This document shows positions 9,646 to 19,374 of a DNA stretch of 64,000 bases, in pieces. Position numbers and translations under genes: made by a program. Position 1 is the first letter of the stretch. Every line of letters begins with the position of its first letter. The stretch is taken from positions 10,329 to 74,328 of the forward strand of contig CP060260.1 in assembly GCA_023898805.1 (NCBI GenBank), read 5' to 3'. Source of the DNA: Rhodospirillales bacterium. Its GTDB lineage: Bacteria; Pseudomonadota; Alphaproteobacteria; Micavibrionales; UBA1664. Under the pieces are notes generated by a model that was not told the origin of the DNA, searched no databases, and saw nothing but the letters and a program-made list of their open reading frames with translations.

Positions 9646-10499
9646 TGCCAAACCTCCAGCCCCGGCGCGTCGTGACCCGCAACGCGCTGCCGGGCAATCT
9701 GTTCGCGCTGGTGATTCTGGCGTTTTTTACTTGGAATTTCTTTGTCGGCGTGGTGCCGCACCGCGCGCTGGACAAACAGGATTTTCCCGCCCTGACGGGC
9801 CGCGTCGTCGATACCGCGGACATACTGGATTCCGGCGTCCGCGCCCGGCTTGATGAAATCTCCGCCGATCTGGAACAAAAAACGCAAGCGCAGTTGGTAA
9901 TCGCCACAATCCCCGATCTGAAAGGCGTCACGATCGAGGATTACGGCTATCAGCTTGGCCGCTTCTGGGGCATCGGACGCAAGGACGTGAATGACGGCGT
10001 GCTGCTGCTGGTCGCGCCCAACGACCGCCGCGTGCGGATCGAGGTCGGCTACGGCCTTGAAGGCACGCTGACCGACGCGGCCGCGCGCCTGATCATCGAT
10101 TCCGACATCCTGCCGCGCTTCCGCGCGGGCGACATGGCGGGCGGCGTGGTGGCCGGGGCACAGGCGATTGCCGGTCTGGTGGCCAATTCCGAAACCGCCG
10201 CGCCCGCGCCGCATCCCGTCGCGCGCGCCGATTCCGAAGAAAATCCGAACGCTCAGGACGCGCGCGGTTATCTGCTCGCGCTGCTTTTTCTGGCGCTGTT
10301 TTTCATGGGGCCGCTTTGGGGCGTGGGCAGTTTCCTGTGGTGCCTGCTCAACCCCGCCTATGGCGCGCAAATGGTGCGCCCGCAGGGACGCTCCAGCGGC
10401 TGGTCGTCCGGCGGCTGGGGTGGTGGCGGTTCTGGCGGAGGCGGATTTAGCGGCGGTGGCGGCAGTTTCGGCGGCGGCGGCTCGTCCGGCAGCTGGTGA
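9645..10499 (+). CDS. TPM-domain protein (YgcG-like) with TM segment and Gly-rich tail
   Basis: GVLLLVAPNDRRVRIEVGYGLEG block and the usual LemA partnership. C-terminus is GGWGGGGSGGGGFSGGGGSFGGGG. Confidence 0.8.
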   Translation: MPNLQPRRVVTRNALPGNLFALVILAFFTWNFFVGVVPHRALDKQDFPALTGRVVDTADILDSGVRARLDEISADLEQKTQAQLVIATIPDLKGVTIEDYGYQLGRFWGIGRKDVNDGVLLLVAPNDRRVRIEVGYGLEGTLTDAAARLIIDSDILPRFRAGDMAGGVVAGAQAIAGLVANSETAAPAPHPVARADSEENPNAQDARGYLLALLFLALFFMGPLWGVGSFLWCLLNPAYGAQMVRPQGRSSGWSSGGWGGGGSGGGGFSGGGGSFGGGGSSGSW

Positions 10500-10622
10500 C
10501 TTTATACCTCGTCATTATACGCGAAGGCGGATAATCCATGGTAAGGAATGTCAAATATTCGTTATTCGGCGCGATGGATTACCCGGCCAAGCCGGGTGAG
10601 ATTACGCATTGTCCCCCGGTAT

Positions 10623-10946
10623 TCAGCCCAGCGAAAACGACGTCCCGCATCCGCAGGACGATGCCGCATTGGGGTTGTCGACCTTGAAATGCGCGCCCGA
10701 AAGCGCATCCACGTAATCCAGGGTCGCCCCGGCGATCAGGGGCAGGGACACCGCATCGACCGCCAGCTTCGCGTCCGCGCGCGTGAACACGCGGTCATCC
10801 GCGCCCGCTTCGTCGGCGAATCCGAAAACATAGGAAAAGCCGGAACATCCGCCGCCCTCCACCGACAGGCGGACCATCGCGGCGCCGTTCTCCCGGCACA
10901 GGGCATTGATGCGCGCGGCGGCGCTTTCTGTAATCGTGACTTCCAT
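10623..10946 (-). CDS. erpA: iron-sulfur cluster insertion protein (HesB/IscA/ErpA type)
   Basis: GGGCSGF and C-terminal SCGCGTSF cysteine motifs, 107 aa from MEVTITE. Confidence 0.85.
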   Translation of the reverse strand: MEVTITESAAARINALCRENGAAMVRLSVEGGGCSGFSYVFGFADEAGADDRVFTRADAKLAVDAVSLPLIAGATLDYVDALSGAHFKVDNPNAASSCGCGTSFSLG

Positions 10947-11014
10947 GCTTCCAGAATGCCGTTGCCGGAAGGGGTTTTCAAGTGATTGGCATAATTGTAT
11001 CCTGCGCCGCATAA

Positions 11015-12223
11015 ATGCAGCCCGAAGACAGCCCCGCCGAATATAATTATTGCGCCTTGCCGCTGGCCGCCTATGCCTGCCGCCCGGACCGCAGCCGCGG
11101 CCGCCTGCACGACGAACCGGAAAGCGCGGTGCGCACGCCGTTTCAACGCGACCGCGACCGCATCATCCATTCCTCGGCCTTTCGCCGCCTCAAGCACAAG
11201 ACGCAAGTCTTCGTCAGTCACGAGGGCGACCATTTCCGCACGCGCCTGACCCACACGCTGGAAGTCGCGCAAATCGCCCGCACTTTGGCCCGCGCCCTGC
11301 TGGTCAACGAGGATCTGGCCGAGGCGGTGGCGCTTTCGCACGATCTTGGCCATCCGCCCTTCGCGCATATGGGCGAGGACAGACTCAAGGAACTGATGCA
11401 GCCCTATGGCGGGTTCGAGCATAACGACCAGTCGCTGCGCATCGTCACCGCGCTGGAGGAACGCTATCCCCAATGGAACGGACTGAACCTGACATGGGAA
11501 ACGCTGGAAGGCATCGTCAAGCATAACGGTCCTGTGACCGGCGCGCTGCCCTACACGCTTGCGGGCGTGCAACGGGAATGGGATTTGCAGTTGAACCATT
11601 ACGCGTCGATCGAGGCGCAGGTCGCGGGCATCGCCGACGACATCGCCTATAACAGCCACGACGTCGAGGACGGGTTGTTCGAGGGCCTGTTCACCCTCGA
11701 CGATATTTCCGCCGCGGTACCGCTGGTCGCGCAGGTCGCACGCGAACGCACGAATAAATGGCCCGATCTGGCCGGTCCGCGCCGCGTCCACGATCTGGTG
11801 CGCGAACTTTACGGACGCTTCGTCATGGACGTGCTGGAGGAAAGCCGCGCCCGCCTGCGCGCGGCGGGGCCGAACAGCGTCGAGGACGTGCGCCTTGCGG
11901 GCGTGCCGCTGGTCGGGTTCAGCGCGGGGATGGGCGAACACCTCAAGGCCCTGCGCGCCTTCCTGATGCCGCGCATGTACCATCATTCCACGGTACGGCG
12001 GATGCGTGCCAAGGCCGAACACATCATCGGTGACCTTTTCCGCCAATTCATGGACGACCCGCTGACTCTGTCCGAAAACTGGCAGGCGCGCCTGCCGCGC
12101 GGGGGCGACGTCGCCGCCCGCGCCCGCGTCGTCGCGGATCATATTTCAAACCTGACCGACCGCGCGGCGATGGTCGAACACGAACAGATTTTCGGTCTTT
12201 ACGACACGATCAGACACGGATAA
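11015..12223 (+). CDS. dgt: dGTP triphosphohydrolase-like HD-domain protein
   Basis: FQRDRDRIIHSSAFRRLKHKTQVF, RLTHTLEVAQIAR and HDLGHPPFAH motifs. Confidence 0.85.
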   Translation: MQPEDSPAEYNYCALPLAAYACRPDRSRGRLHDEPESAVRTPFQRDRDRIIHSSAFRRLKHKTQVFVSHEGDHFRTRLTHTLEVAQIARTLARALLVNEDLAEAVALSHDLGHPPFAHMGEDRLKELMQPYGGFEHNDQSLRIVTALEERYPQWNGLNLTWETLEGIVKHNGPVTGALPYTLAGVQREWDLQLNHYASIEAQVAGIADDIAYNSHDVEDGLFEGLFTLDDISAAVPLVAQVARERTNKWPDLAGPRRVHDLVRELYGRFVMDVLEESRARLRAAGPNSVEDVRLAGVPLVGFSAGMGEHLKALRAFLMPRMYHHSTVRRMRAKAEHIIGDLFRQFMDDPLTLSENWQARLPRGGDVAARARVVADHISNLTDRAAMVEHEQIFGLYDTIRHG

Positions 12224-12229
12224 GAAGTT

Positions 12230-13999
12230 ATGAATATTTACAAAGACATACAAAAAGATATTCACACGCTTGTTCACAGGCTTTTCCCGGACATTCCGCA
12301 AGCAAGCCTGACCCGCGTCAATGTCGAGCCGCCGCGCGATGCCGCCCATGGCGACATGGCGACCAACGCCGCCATGGTGCTGGCGCGGGATGCGGGCATG
12401 AAACCCGGCGATCTGGCCGAAAAACTGGCAGCTGAACTTAAACAACTGCCCGCCGTCACGGGCGTGGAAATCGCCGGACCCGGCTTCATCAACCTGACCC
12501 TGACTCCGGATTCATTCCGCGCGGTCGTCCCCCACGCCCTGAAAACCGGCGCGGCACACTTTGGCGACAGCGATCTGGGCGCGGGACAAAAGGTCAATGT
12601 CGAATATGTTTCGGCCAACCCCACGGGGCCGATCCATTTCGGGCATACGCGCAACGCGGTGTTTGGTGATGCGCTGGCGCGACTGCTGGAAAAATCGGGG
12701 CACAAGGTAACCCGCGAATATTACACCAACGACGCGGGTGCGCAGGTCGATACGCTCGCGCGCTCCGTCTATCTGCGCTATCGCGAGGCGTTGGGCGAAA
12801 AAATCGAAATTCCGCAAGGTTTTTATCCCGGCGATTATCTTGTGCCGGTGGCGCGGGAAATCGCGCGCGAAAAGGGGCGCGAATGGCTGGATGCGCCTGA
12901 AAGCGTCTGGCTTGAGGAAATCAAGCGCCGCGCGGTCGCGGCGATGATGGAACTGATCGAAAAAGACCTCAAGCTGATCGACGTGCGCTTTGATGTGTTT
13001 ACCTCCGAACGCGCCCTGACCGAGGCAGGAAGCGTTGACCGCGCGGTCAAAAAACTGGAGGACATGGGGCTGGTCTATACCGGCGTGTTGCCGCCGCCGA
13101 AAAGTAAAAAGGTCAAGGTCGAGGATTGGGAACCTACGGAACTCCTTCTGTTCCGCGCATCGCAATTCGGCGACGATCAGGACCGCCCGTTGAAAAAAAG
13201 CGACGGGACATGGGCTTACACCACGCCGGATATCGCCTATCAGTACGACAAATTCCTGCGCGGCTTTGAAAAACTGATCGTCGTCGTCGCCGTCGATCAT
13301 GCAGGCTGGGTGTCGCGGATCAAGGCGGGCGCGGCGGCGGTTTCCGGCGGCAAGGCGGTGGTTTCGGTCCAGCTTTACGGGCTGGTCAACCTGATGAAGA
13401 ACGGACAGCCGGTAAAACTTTCCAAACGCGCGGGGAACATTCTCACCCTGCGCGAAATCGTGGACGAGGTGGGACCGGGTCCCGTGCGCTTCATCATGCT
13501 GACGCGCAAATCGAACGAAACGATCGACTTCGACATGGCGCTGGCCATCGAACAATCCAAGGACAACCCGTTTTTCTACGTCCAGTATGCGCACGCGCGC
13601 TGCTGCTCGGTGATGAAACACGCAGCCGACATGTTCGGCGCGCTGGACGACGCGGCGCTTGGCGCGGTCGATCTTTCGCTTCTCGACCGGGCCGAGGAGA
13701 TGACTCTGATCCGCCTGATCGCCACATGGCCGCGCGTGGTCGAACAGGCCGCCGTCGCCGAGGAGCCGCACCGCATCGCCTATTACCTGTATGACCTTGC
13801 CGCCGCCTTTCACGCATGGTGGAACCGCGGGCGCGACGATGCGACGCTGCGCTTTTTGCTGGAAAACGACAAGCCACGCTCGCTTGCGCGTCTGGCGCTG
13901 TTGCGCGCGGTGGCGCTGACCATCGCGTCCGCGCTGGGCGTCATCGGCGTCGAACCGCTTTCCGAATTGCGCTCGGACGTCGAGGTCGAAGCCGCATGA
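12230..13999 (+). CDS. argS: arginyl-tRNA synthetase
   Basis: SANPTGPIHFGHTRN (HIGH region) and FYVQYAHAR anticodon-binding domain signature, 589 aa. Confidence 0.92.
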   Translation: MNIYKDIQKDIHTLVHRLFPDIPQASLTRVNVEPPRDAAHGDMATNAAMVLARDAGMKPGDLAEKLAAELKQLPAVTGVEIAGPGFINLTLTPDSFRAVVPHALKTGAAHFGDSDLGAGQKVNVEYVSANPTGPIHFGHTRNAVFGDALARLLEKSGHKVTREYYTNDAGAQVDTLARSVYLRYREALGEKIEIPQGFYPGDYLVPVAREIAREKGREWLDAPESVWLEEIKRRAVAAMMELIEKDLKLIDVRFDVFTSERALTEAGSVDRAVKKLEDMGLVYTGVLPPPKSKKVKVEDWEPTELLLFRASQFGDDQDRPLKKSDGTWAYTTPDIAYQYDKFLRGFEKLIVVVAVDHAGWVSRIKAGAAAVSGGKAVVSVQLYGLVNLMKNGQPVKLSKRAGNILTLREIVDEVGPGPVRFIMLTRKSNETIDFDMALAIEQSKDNPFFYVQYAHARCCSVMKHAADMFGALDDAALGAVDLSLLDRAEEMTLIRLIATWPRVVEQAAVAEEPHRIAYYLYDLAAAFHAWWNRGRDDATLRFLLENDKPRSLARLALLRAVALTIASALGVIGVEPLSELRSDVEVEAA

Positions 14000-14997
14000 T
14001 CGTCCGTCTGCGCACCATAACCATGATTGCGGTGCCCGTCCTGCTGGTAGGCGCGGGGATATGGTTTTTCGCACATGGCACCACGCCCACGGCGATCGGC
14101 GCGGGCGGCCTGCCGTTGATCAAGGCCGATACCAACCCGGTCAAGCTGCCGCCCGAGGACCCGGGCGGCGAGGTGATGCCAAACGCGGACAGCACGGTGC
14201 TGGCCGCGATGAGCGGCGAGGGCGCGGATCCATCGATGCAGGACATCCAGCCGCCTTCGGAAACCGGCGAGAAGCCGATGCCCGCGCCGGCCTTCGCCGG
14301 TTTGAAGACAGGGTTTTCCGCCCCCGCGCAGGTGCCCGAGCGCAGCATCGAAAACCTGCTTGATACGTCCACACCGGAACAGGCACCCGCCCCCGAGCAG
14401 GTGGAAGCGGGCGACAAATACGTTTCCGGCATGGAGCCCACGGCACTGGAAAAACCGGTACAGGCCGATCAATCCGCCCCAAAGACGGAAGCGGCGGAAA
14501 AAGAAAAAGCGGAACCCGTCGCCGCGAGCGCGACGAAACCTGTGGCCCCGATCCCGACCGCAACGCCGCCGGCCAAGCCGCAGCCGCCTAAACCGGCACC
14601 GAAAAAGACGCAAGAGCCTGAAGCGCCAAAACCTCAAACTGAAAAAGCGCAAACTGAAAAAACACAGGCCGCGAAATCCGTAGCCGCCGATGTGGCCCGC
14701 GCGGTCAAGGAAGACACGGCCGCGAATGGCGGGAGCGCAAGCGGTGGAACGTATTACATCCAACTGGCCTCGATGCCGGCGGGCGGCGACACGGCCGCGC
14801 TTTGGGCCCGTCTGCGCGCGCAGTTTCCCACCGCGCTGGCGGGGTTGAGCCCCAGTTACCAGCAGGCGGATATTCCGGGCCGGGGCGCGTATATCCGGGT
14901 TCAGGCCGGGCCGCTTTCGCAATCCGCCGCCAACGACCGCTGCCGCGCCATTCGCGCCGCAAACCCCGGGGTGGGCTGCCTTGTCGTTCGCCGCTGA
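13996..14997 (+). CDS. SPOR-domain membrane protein with Pro/Ala/Lys-rich linker
   Basis: ATG 13996 overlaps the argS stop. N-terminal TM segment (ITMIAVPVLLVGAGIWFF). C-terminal SPOR-like YYIQLASM...AYIRVQAGPL. Confidence 0.75.
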   Translation: MIVRLRTITMIAVPVLLVGAGIWFFAHGTTPTAIGAGGLPLIKADTNPVKLPPEDPGGEVMPNADSTVLAAMSGEGADPSMQDIQPPSETGEKPMPAPAFAGLKTGFSAPAQVPERSIENLLDTSTPEQAPAPEQVEAGDKYVSGMEPTALEKPVQADQSAPKTEAAEKEKAEPVAASATKPVAPIPTATPPAKPQPPKPAPKKTQEPEAPKPQTEKAQTEKTQAAKSVAADVARAVKEDTAANGGSASGGTYYIQLASMPAGGDTAALWARLRAQFPTALAGLSPSYQQADIPGRGAYIRVQAGPLSQSAANDRCRAIRAANPGVGCLVVRR

Positions 14998-15961
14998 CAC
15001 CGCGCCGATCATCTTTGGCTGCACCGGAACCGAGCTTGGCGATGACGAGGCCGCGTTCTTCCGTGACGCAAAACCGGCAGGCTTTATTTTATTCCGCAAG
15101 AATTGCGAAACCCCCGATCAGGTCGCGCGCCTGTGCGCCGCGCTGCGTGAAACCGTGGGTTGGGCCGCGCCGATCCTGATCGATCAGGAAGGCGGACGCG
15201 TCCAGCGCCTGAGGCCTCCGCATTGGCCCGATTTTCCACCGCCGCGCACATTCGCCGAACATTATGCCACGGACCCGGATGCCGGTCTTGCCGCCGTATC
15301 CGGTAATTACGCCGCGCTGGCGCGGACACAGGCGCAACTGGGCGTCGATGTGAACTGCGTTCCTTGCCTTGATGTTGTCCCCGCCGACAATGCCGTGCCC
15401 GCCATCGGCGACCGGTCTTTCGGGTCCGACCCCGATATTGTCGCCGCGCTGGGCCTTGCTGCTGCCCGCGCCAGTTTCAAGGCCGGGGCGACGCCGGTGA
15501 TGAAACACATGCCCGGTCATGGCCGGGCCGTGGTCGACAGTCATTTTGAACTGCCCCGCGTCGATGCGCCCCTGGCCGCGCTTGAACGCGACTGGCAGCC
15601 CTTTCGCCATCTGGCCGCGCACATGCCGCGCGGCGCGCTTTGGGGGATGAGCGCGCATGTGATCTATGCCACGCTCGACCCGAATCTTCCCGCGACTCTC
15701 TCGCCGAAAATCATTACGGAAATCGTGCGCGGGAAAATCGGCTTTCACGGCCTGTTATGCACGGACGATTTGTTCATGGACGCGCTGGCACCTTACGGCG
15801 ACGTCCCCGAACGCGCGCGGCTGGCGCTGAAGGCCGGAAACGACCTTGCTTTGCACTGCCACGGCGACATCCTGGCACGGGAAAAGGCAATTGCCGTAAT
15901 CGGCCGCATGTCTGCTGCAACGCGGGAACGTCTTGAAGATTGGATAAAATCCGTTAAATAA
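14981..15961 (+). CDS. nagZ: beta-N-acetylhexosaminidase (GH3)
   Basis: ILIDQEGGRVQRL and KHMPGHG motifs. TTG start overlaps the SPOR gene end. Confidence 0.85.
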   Translation: MSFAADTAPIIFGCTGTELGDDEAAFFRDAKPAGFILFRKNCETPDQVARLCAALRETVGWAAPILIDQEGGRVQRLRPPHWPDFPPPRTFAEHYATDPDAGLAAVSGNYAALARTQAQLGVDVNCVPCLDVVPADNAVPAIGDRSFGSDPDIVAALGLAAARASFKAGATPVMKHMPGHGRAVVDSHFELPRVDAPLAALERDWQPFRHLAAHMPRGALWGMSAHVIYATLDPNLPATLSPKIITEIVRGKIGFHGLLCTDDLFMDALAPYGDVPERARLALKAGNDLALHCHGDILAREKAIAVIGRMSAATRERLEDWIKSVK

Positions 15962-15985
15962 GGACCGGTTTTAAGGGATTGTTCG

Positions 15986-16372
15986 ATGACACCGTCACTC
16001 GCGTCTTTGGAAATGTCGCCGTTGCGCACGGATTTTCTGCATGCTGCGGGGACCGTTATTTACAGTGCTGCGCAACGCCTCAGAATCATCCGTACATTGC
16101 TGCCACAAATCACAATTGGTGGCCCCGGCGAACCCGGTGGCCTTCGCCGCGAAACAGCTTTGACGCCGCGCCGCCCGCAAGCCCTCGAAACACTGGACGC
16201 GCGCGAATACAACCGGCTTCTTCATTTTCTGCGTATTCAAATGGCGATCAGCCGTTGGGGCGGGTTCCAGCCGCGCGACTGGTTCGACCGCACCGGCCTG
16301 CATTTCCGCGCGAAACAGCGTGCGATCACGCTCAGACGCCTTGCCGCCGCCTACCGCCGCGCCTTTAGCTGA
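15986..16372 (+). CDS. hypothetical protein (128 aa)
   Basis: AAGGGA 9 nt upstream of the ATG. No recognisable motif. Competing ORFs exist in other frames. Confidence 0.4.
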   Translation: MTPSLASLEMSPLRTDFLHAAGTVIYSAAQRLRIIRTLLPQITIGGPGEPGGLRRETALTPRRPQALETLDAREYNRLLHFLRIQMAISRWGGFQPRDWFDRTGLHFRAKQRAITLRRLAAAYRRAFS

Positions 16373-16441
16373 CCAATCCCCTGTGGACAGCCTGATTTGC
16401 GTGGGTGCACGGTCCCTGTGTCAGGTGCTAAGCATTCCATA

Positions 16442-17278
16442 ATGGAAACCGTAAACCAGCCGAGCTTCGAGGAAGACCCGCCGCGCGAAAACGTGCCCGC
16501 GGACACCGACGCGCTGGTCGTTTCGGTCGACGGCTATGAAGGCCCGATCGACCTGTTGTTGACCATGGCGCGGGACCAGAAGGTCGATTTGCGCCAGATA
16601 TCCATTCTGGCGCTGGCCGAACAATATCTCAGCTTCGTCGAACGTGCCCGCGCCCTGCGGATCGAGCTTGCGGCCGACTATCTGGTAATGGCCGCATGGC
16701 TGGCCTATCTCAAATCCAAACTTCTGCTGCCCGCGCGACCGGGCGAGGTGGAGGAGGAACTGACCGGCGAGGCGCTGGCCGAGGCGCTGGCCTTCCAGCT
16801 CCAGCGGCTGGAGGCGATGCAAAAAGCCGCGAAGGCGCTTTTCGACCGCCCGCGTCTGGGGCAGGACCGTCTGCCCGTCGGGCTGGCCGGCATGCGCGAG
16901 GGACAGGCCGTCAAAATCAAATGGAAGGCCGGGCTTTACGAGATTCTCGACGCCTATGCCGCGATCGCCCATCGCGCCAACCCCAAAACCTACGAGGTCA
17001 AAACCTGGCCGCTGATGTCGATGGACGAGGCGGCACGCCGTCTGGCCGACATGATCGGCCACATGCCCCCCGGCCAGTGGCGCAGCCTGTGGCTCGCGCT
17101 TGATGCCTTCGTGCCGGACGCGGCGGATGGACCGCTCAACACCCGTTCGGCGCTGGCCTCGACGCTGACTGCCGCGCTGGAAATGGTCAAACAGGAACGC
17201 ATGGATTTAAGACAGGAAGGCCTTTTCGCGCCGATCCTGATCCGCACCCCCGACAGGAATGCCGCCAATGACACCTGA
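16442..17278 (+). CDS. scpA: segregation and condensation protein A
   Basis: VDGYEGPIDLLLTMARDQKVDLRQISILALAEQYL block. Start taken at METVNQ. Confidence 0.85.
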   Translation: METVNQPSFEEDPPRENVPADTDALVVSVDGYEGPIDLLLTMARDQKVDLRQISILALAEQYLSFVERARALRIELAADYLVMAAWLAYLKSKLLLPARPGEVEEELTGEALAEALAFQLQRLEAMQKAAKALFDRPRLGQDRLPVGLAGMREGQAVKIKWKAGLYEILDAYAAIAHRANPKTYEVKTWPLMSMDEAARRLADMIGHMPPGQWRSLWLALDAFVPDAADGPLNTRSALASTLTAALEMVKQERMDLRQEGLFAPILIRTPDRNAANDT

Positions 17279-17999
17279 AATGGAAATCGAAGCCGAAATC
17301 GCAGAAGCGATCGAACATGTCATGCACGACGATGAAACCCCGGACGAAATCGTCGCGGCGGATGACGACATGCGCGATTTGCGCACCATCGAGGCGGTGC
17401 TGTTCGCCAGCCGCGAACCAATGACGCTTGCGCGCCTTCAGGCCTTCGTTCCGCATCTGGAAGGGCCGCATCTGCATGCGATCATCGCCCGCCTGCGTCA
17501 GGATTATGCGGGCCGTGGCATCCAGCTTGAGGAAACGGATTCCGGCCTTGCCTTCCGCACCGCGCCCGATTTGGCCGAAAGCCTTTCGCAGCTGCGGATC
17601 GAAGAACGTCGCCTGTCCCGCGCGGCAATGGAATGTCTGTCCGTCATCGCCTATCACCAGCCCGTGACAAGGCCAGAGATCGAGGCCGTGCGCGGCGTCC
17701 ACACCTCGAAAGGCACGATCGACGCGCTTTTGGAAACCGGCTGGATCAAGCCGGGCCGCCGACGCGAGGCGCCAGGACGCCCCCTGACCTGGGTGACGAC
17801 GCCCGAGTTTCTTGACCATTTCGGGCTTGAGTCTATAGTCGACCTGCCGGGCCTCGACGACCTCAAGGCCGCGGGCCTGCTGGATCGCCGCCCGGCGGTA
17901 TCGGTCACCGCCGACCTGTTCGACGAGGACGGGGATAGGGACGGGGAAGCCGATTCCGAAGCCGAAGAATCACTGGACGAGACGCACGACGCGGCCTAG
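17259..17999 (+). CDS. scpB: segregation and condensation protein B
   Basis: IEAVLFASREPMTL, AYHQPVTRPEIEAVRGV and acidic tail. Overlaps the scpA end. Confidence 0.85.
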   Translation: MPPMTPEMEIEAEIAEAIEHVMHDDETPDEIVAADDDMRDLRTIEAVLFASREPMTLARLQAFVPHLEGPHLHAIIARLRQDYAGRGIQLEETDSGLAFRTAPDLAESLSQLRIEERRLSRAAMECLSVIAYHQPVTRPEIEAVRGVHTSKGTIDALLETGWIKPGRRREAPGRPLTWVTTPEFLDHFGLESIVDLPGLDDLKAAGLLDRRPAVSVTADLFDEDGDRDGEADSEAEESLDETHDAA

Positions 18000-18026
18000 G
18001 TTCAGGCCACAAAAGGAAAGAACATC

Positions 18027-18203
18027 ATGGGCTTGAGTATCGGTCACATTCTTCTGGTCGTGCTGGTCGTGCTGATCCTGTTCGGCGCGGGCAAGCTGCC
18101 CGACGTCATGGGCGATCTGGCCAAGGGCGTCAAAAACTTCAAAAAGGGTTTGAACGAAGACGACGACACCCCGAACGACAAGTCCAACCCCAAGGCGGGG
18201 TAA
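18027..18203 (+). CDS. tatA: twin-arginine translocase subunit TatA (58 aa, below the ORF-track cut-off)
   Basis: Own translation: [41 protein letters not shown]... GGAAAG lies upstream. Confidence 0.85.
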   Translation: MGLSIGHILLVVLVVLILFGAGKLPDVMGDLAKGVKNFKKGLNEDDDTPNDKSNPKAG

Positions 18204-18209
18204 AAAACC

Positions 18210-18611
18210 ATGTTCGGCATCGGCTGGAGCGAGCTTCTGCTGATCGGCGTGATCGTCCTGTTCGCCTTCGGGCCCGAGGACATCCCCAAAATCATGTATA
18301 ATCTGGGCCGTGTCGTCCGGCGCCTGCATTACATTCGCTATGCCCTTTCCGCGCAGTTCGAGGATTTCATGGAAAAATCCGAACACGCCGCGCGCCCGCG
18401 GGCCGAACACGCGCACGATGTGCACGATGCGCATGACCGGCACGCACCAAATCACGAAGCCGACGACGATGCGGCGCTGCTGGCCATGATGCCGCTGCCG
18501 CCGCCTTCGGCCGACGAATTGCCCCACATAGACCATGATGATGACAGACCTGACGACACCGCACCCGGATCCGGCGACGGAACCGGGGCCGGAACACCAC
18601 CACGGGCCTGA
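18210..18611 (+). CDS. tatB: twin-arginine translocase subunit TatB
   Basis: MFGIGWSELLLIGVIVLFAFGPEDIPK TatA/B-type N-terminus with an acidic/His-rich tail. Confidence 0.8.
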   Translation: MFGIGWSELLLIGVIVLFAFGPEDIPKIMYNLGRVVRRLHYIRYALSAQFEDFMEKSEHAARPRAEHAHDVHDAHDRHAPNHEADDDAALLAMMPLPPPSADELPHIDHDDDRPDDTAPGSGDGTGAGTPPRA

Positions 18612-19374
18612 CGGCAAGACCGCCGTCATCGCCCATTTGATCGAGCTGCGCCGCCGCCTGATCGCAAGCTTCCTTGCGCTCGCGGCGATGACCTGCGTGT
18701 GCTACGTCTTTCGCGACGATATCCTTGCGGTGCTGATCGCGCCTCTGGCGAAATCCATGGGCGACGGGTCGACCCACCGCCTGATCTACACCAGCCTGAC
18801 CGAGGCGTTTTTCACCGCCCTCAAAATATCCTTTCTGACCGCGCTGTTCGTGACGCTGCCCTTCATCCTGATGCAAATCTGGAAATTCGTGGCGCCGGGC
18901 CTGTACCAGCGCGAGCAGGGGGCTTTGCTGCCCTTTCTGATCGCCACGCCGGTGCTGTTCGTGCTTGGCGGGTTGCTGGTTTATTTCTTCGTGATGCCGA
19001 TGGCGTGGAAATTCTTTCTGGGCTTTCAGACATCGGGCGCGCAGACCGTGCTGCCCATCCAGCTTGAGGCGCGGATCGCCGACTACCTCAACCTGATCAT
19101 CACCCTGATCTTCGCCTTTGGCCTGTGCTTTCAATTGCCGGTGCTGTTGATGCTGCTGGCCCGCGTCGGTTTCGTGTCGGCGGCGGACCTGACATCGCGC
19201 CGCAAATACGCGATTGTCATCGCCTTCGTCGTCGCCGCGATCATGACACCGCCCGACGTGATCAGCCAGACCATGCTGGCGGTGCCGATTATCCTGCTTT
19301 ACGAACTTTCGATCTTTCTGATCAGGCGCATGGAAAAGGACCGCGAACGGGCCGCCGCCCGCGCGCAAGTATAA
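18535..19374 (+). CDS. tatC: twin-arginine translocase subunit TatC
   Basis: HLIELRRRLI start block and six hydrophobic segments. The exact start is uncertain because it overlaps tatB by up to 77 nt. Confidence 0.88.
   Translation: MMMTDLTTPHPDPATEPGPEHHHGPDGKTAVIAHLIELRRRLIASFLALAAMTCVCYVFRDDILAVLIAPLAKSMGDGSTHRLIYTSLTEAFFTALKISFLTALFVTLPFILMQIWKFVAPGLYQREQGALLPFLIATPVLFVLGGLLVYFFVMPMAWKFFLGFQTSGAQTVLPIQLEARIADYLNLIITLIFAFGLCFQLPVLLMLLARVGFVSAADLTSRRKYAIVIAFVVAAIMTPPDVISQTMLAVPIILLYELSIFLIRRMEKDRERAAARAQV

Noticed and set aside
10500-10622. Hairpins (GGATAATCCAT/ATGGATTACCC and CCCGGC-CAA-GCCGGG) between the convergent TPM and erpA genes as a possible sRNA or riboswitch
   Set aside because: The stems are short with no conserved riboswitch core that I recognise. 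They are most simply read as weak bidirectional terminator structures.
11015-12223. dGTPase-like HD protein as a nucleotide-depletion defence gene
   Set aside because: It sits in the common housekeeping context erpA / dgt-like / argS with normal composition, and nothing suggests an accessory or defence island.
14400-14700. Tandem 15-bp repeat CAAACTGAAAAA(G/A)C(G/A) and Pro/Lys/Ala-rich repeats in the SPOR protein; also the Gly-rich tail of the TPM protein (10390-10499) and the acidic insert of RpoD (30150-30250)
   Set aside because: These are ordinary low-complexity linker regions known for these protein families, not independent repeat elements.
18535-18611. 77-nt tatB/tatC overlap as a possible programmed overlap
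   Set aside because: This is more likely start-site uncertainty for tatC. No later ATG exists, but non-ATG starts cannot be excluded from sequence alone.
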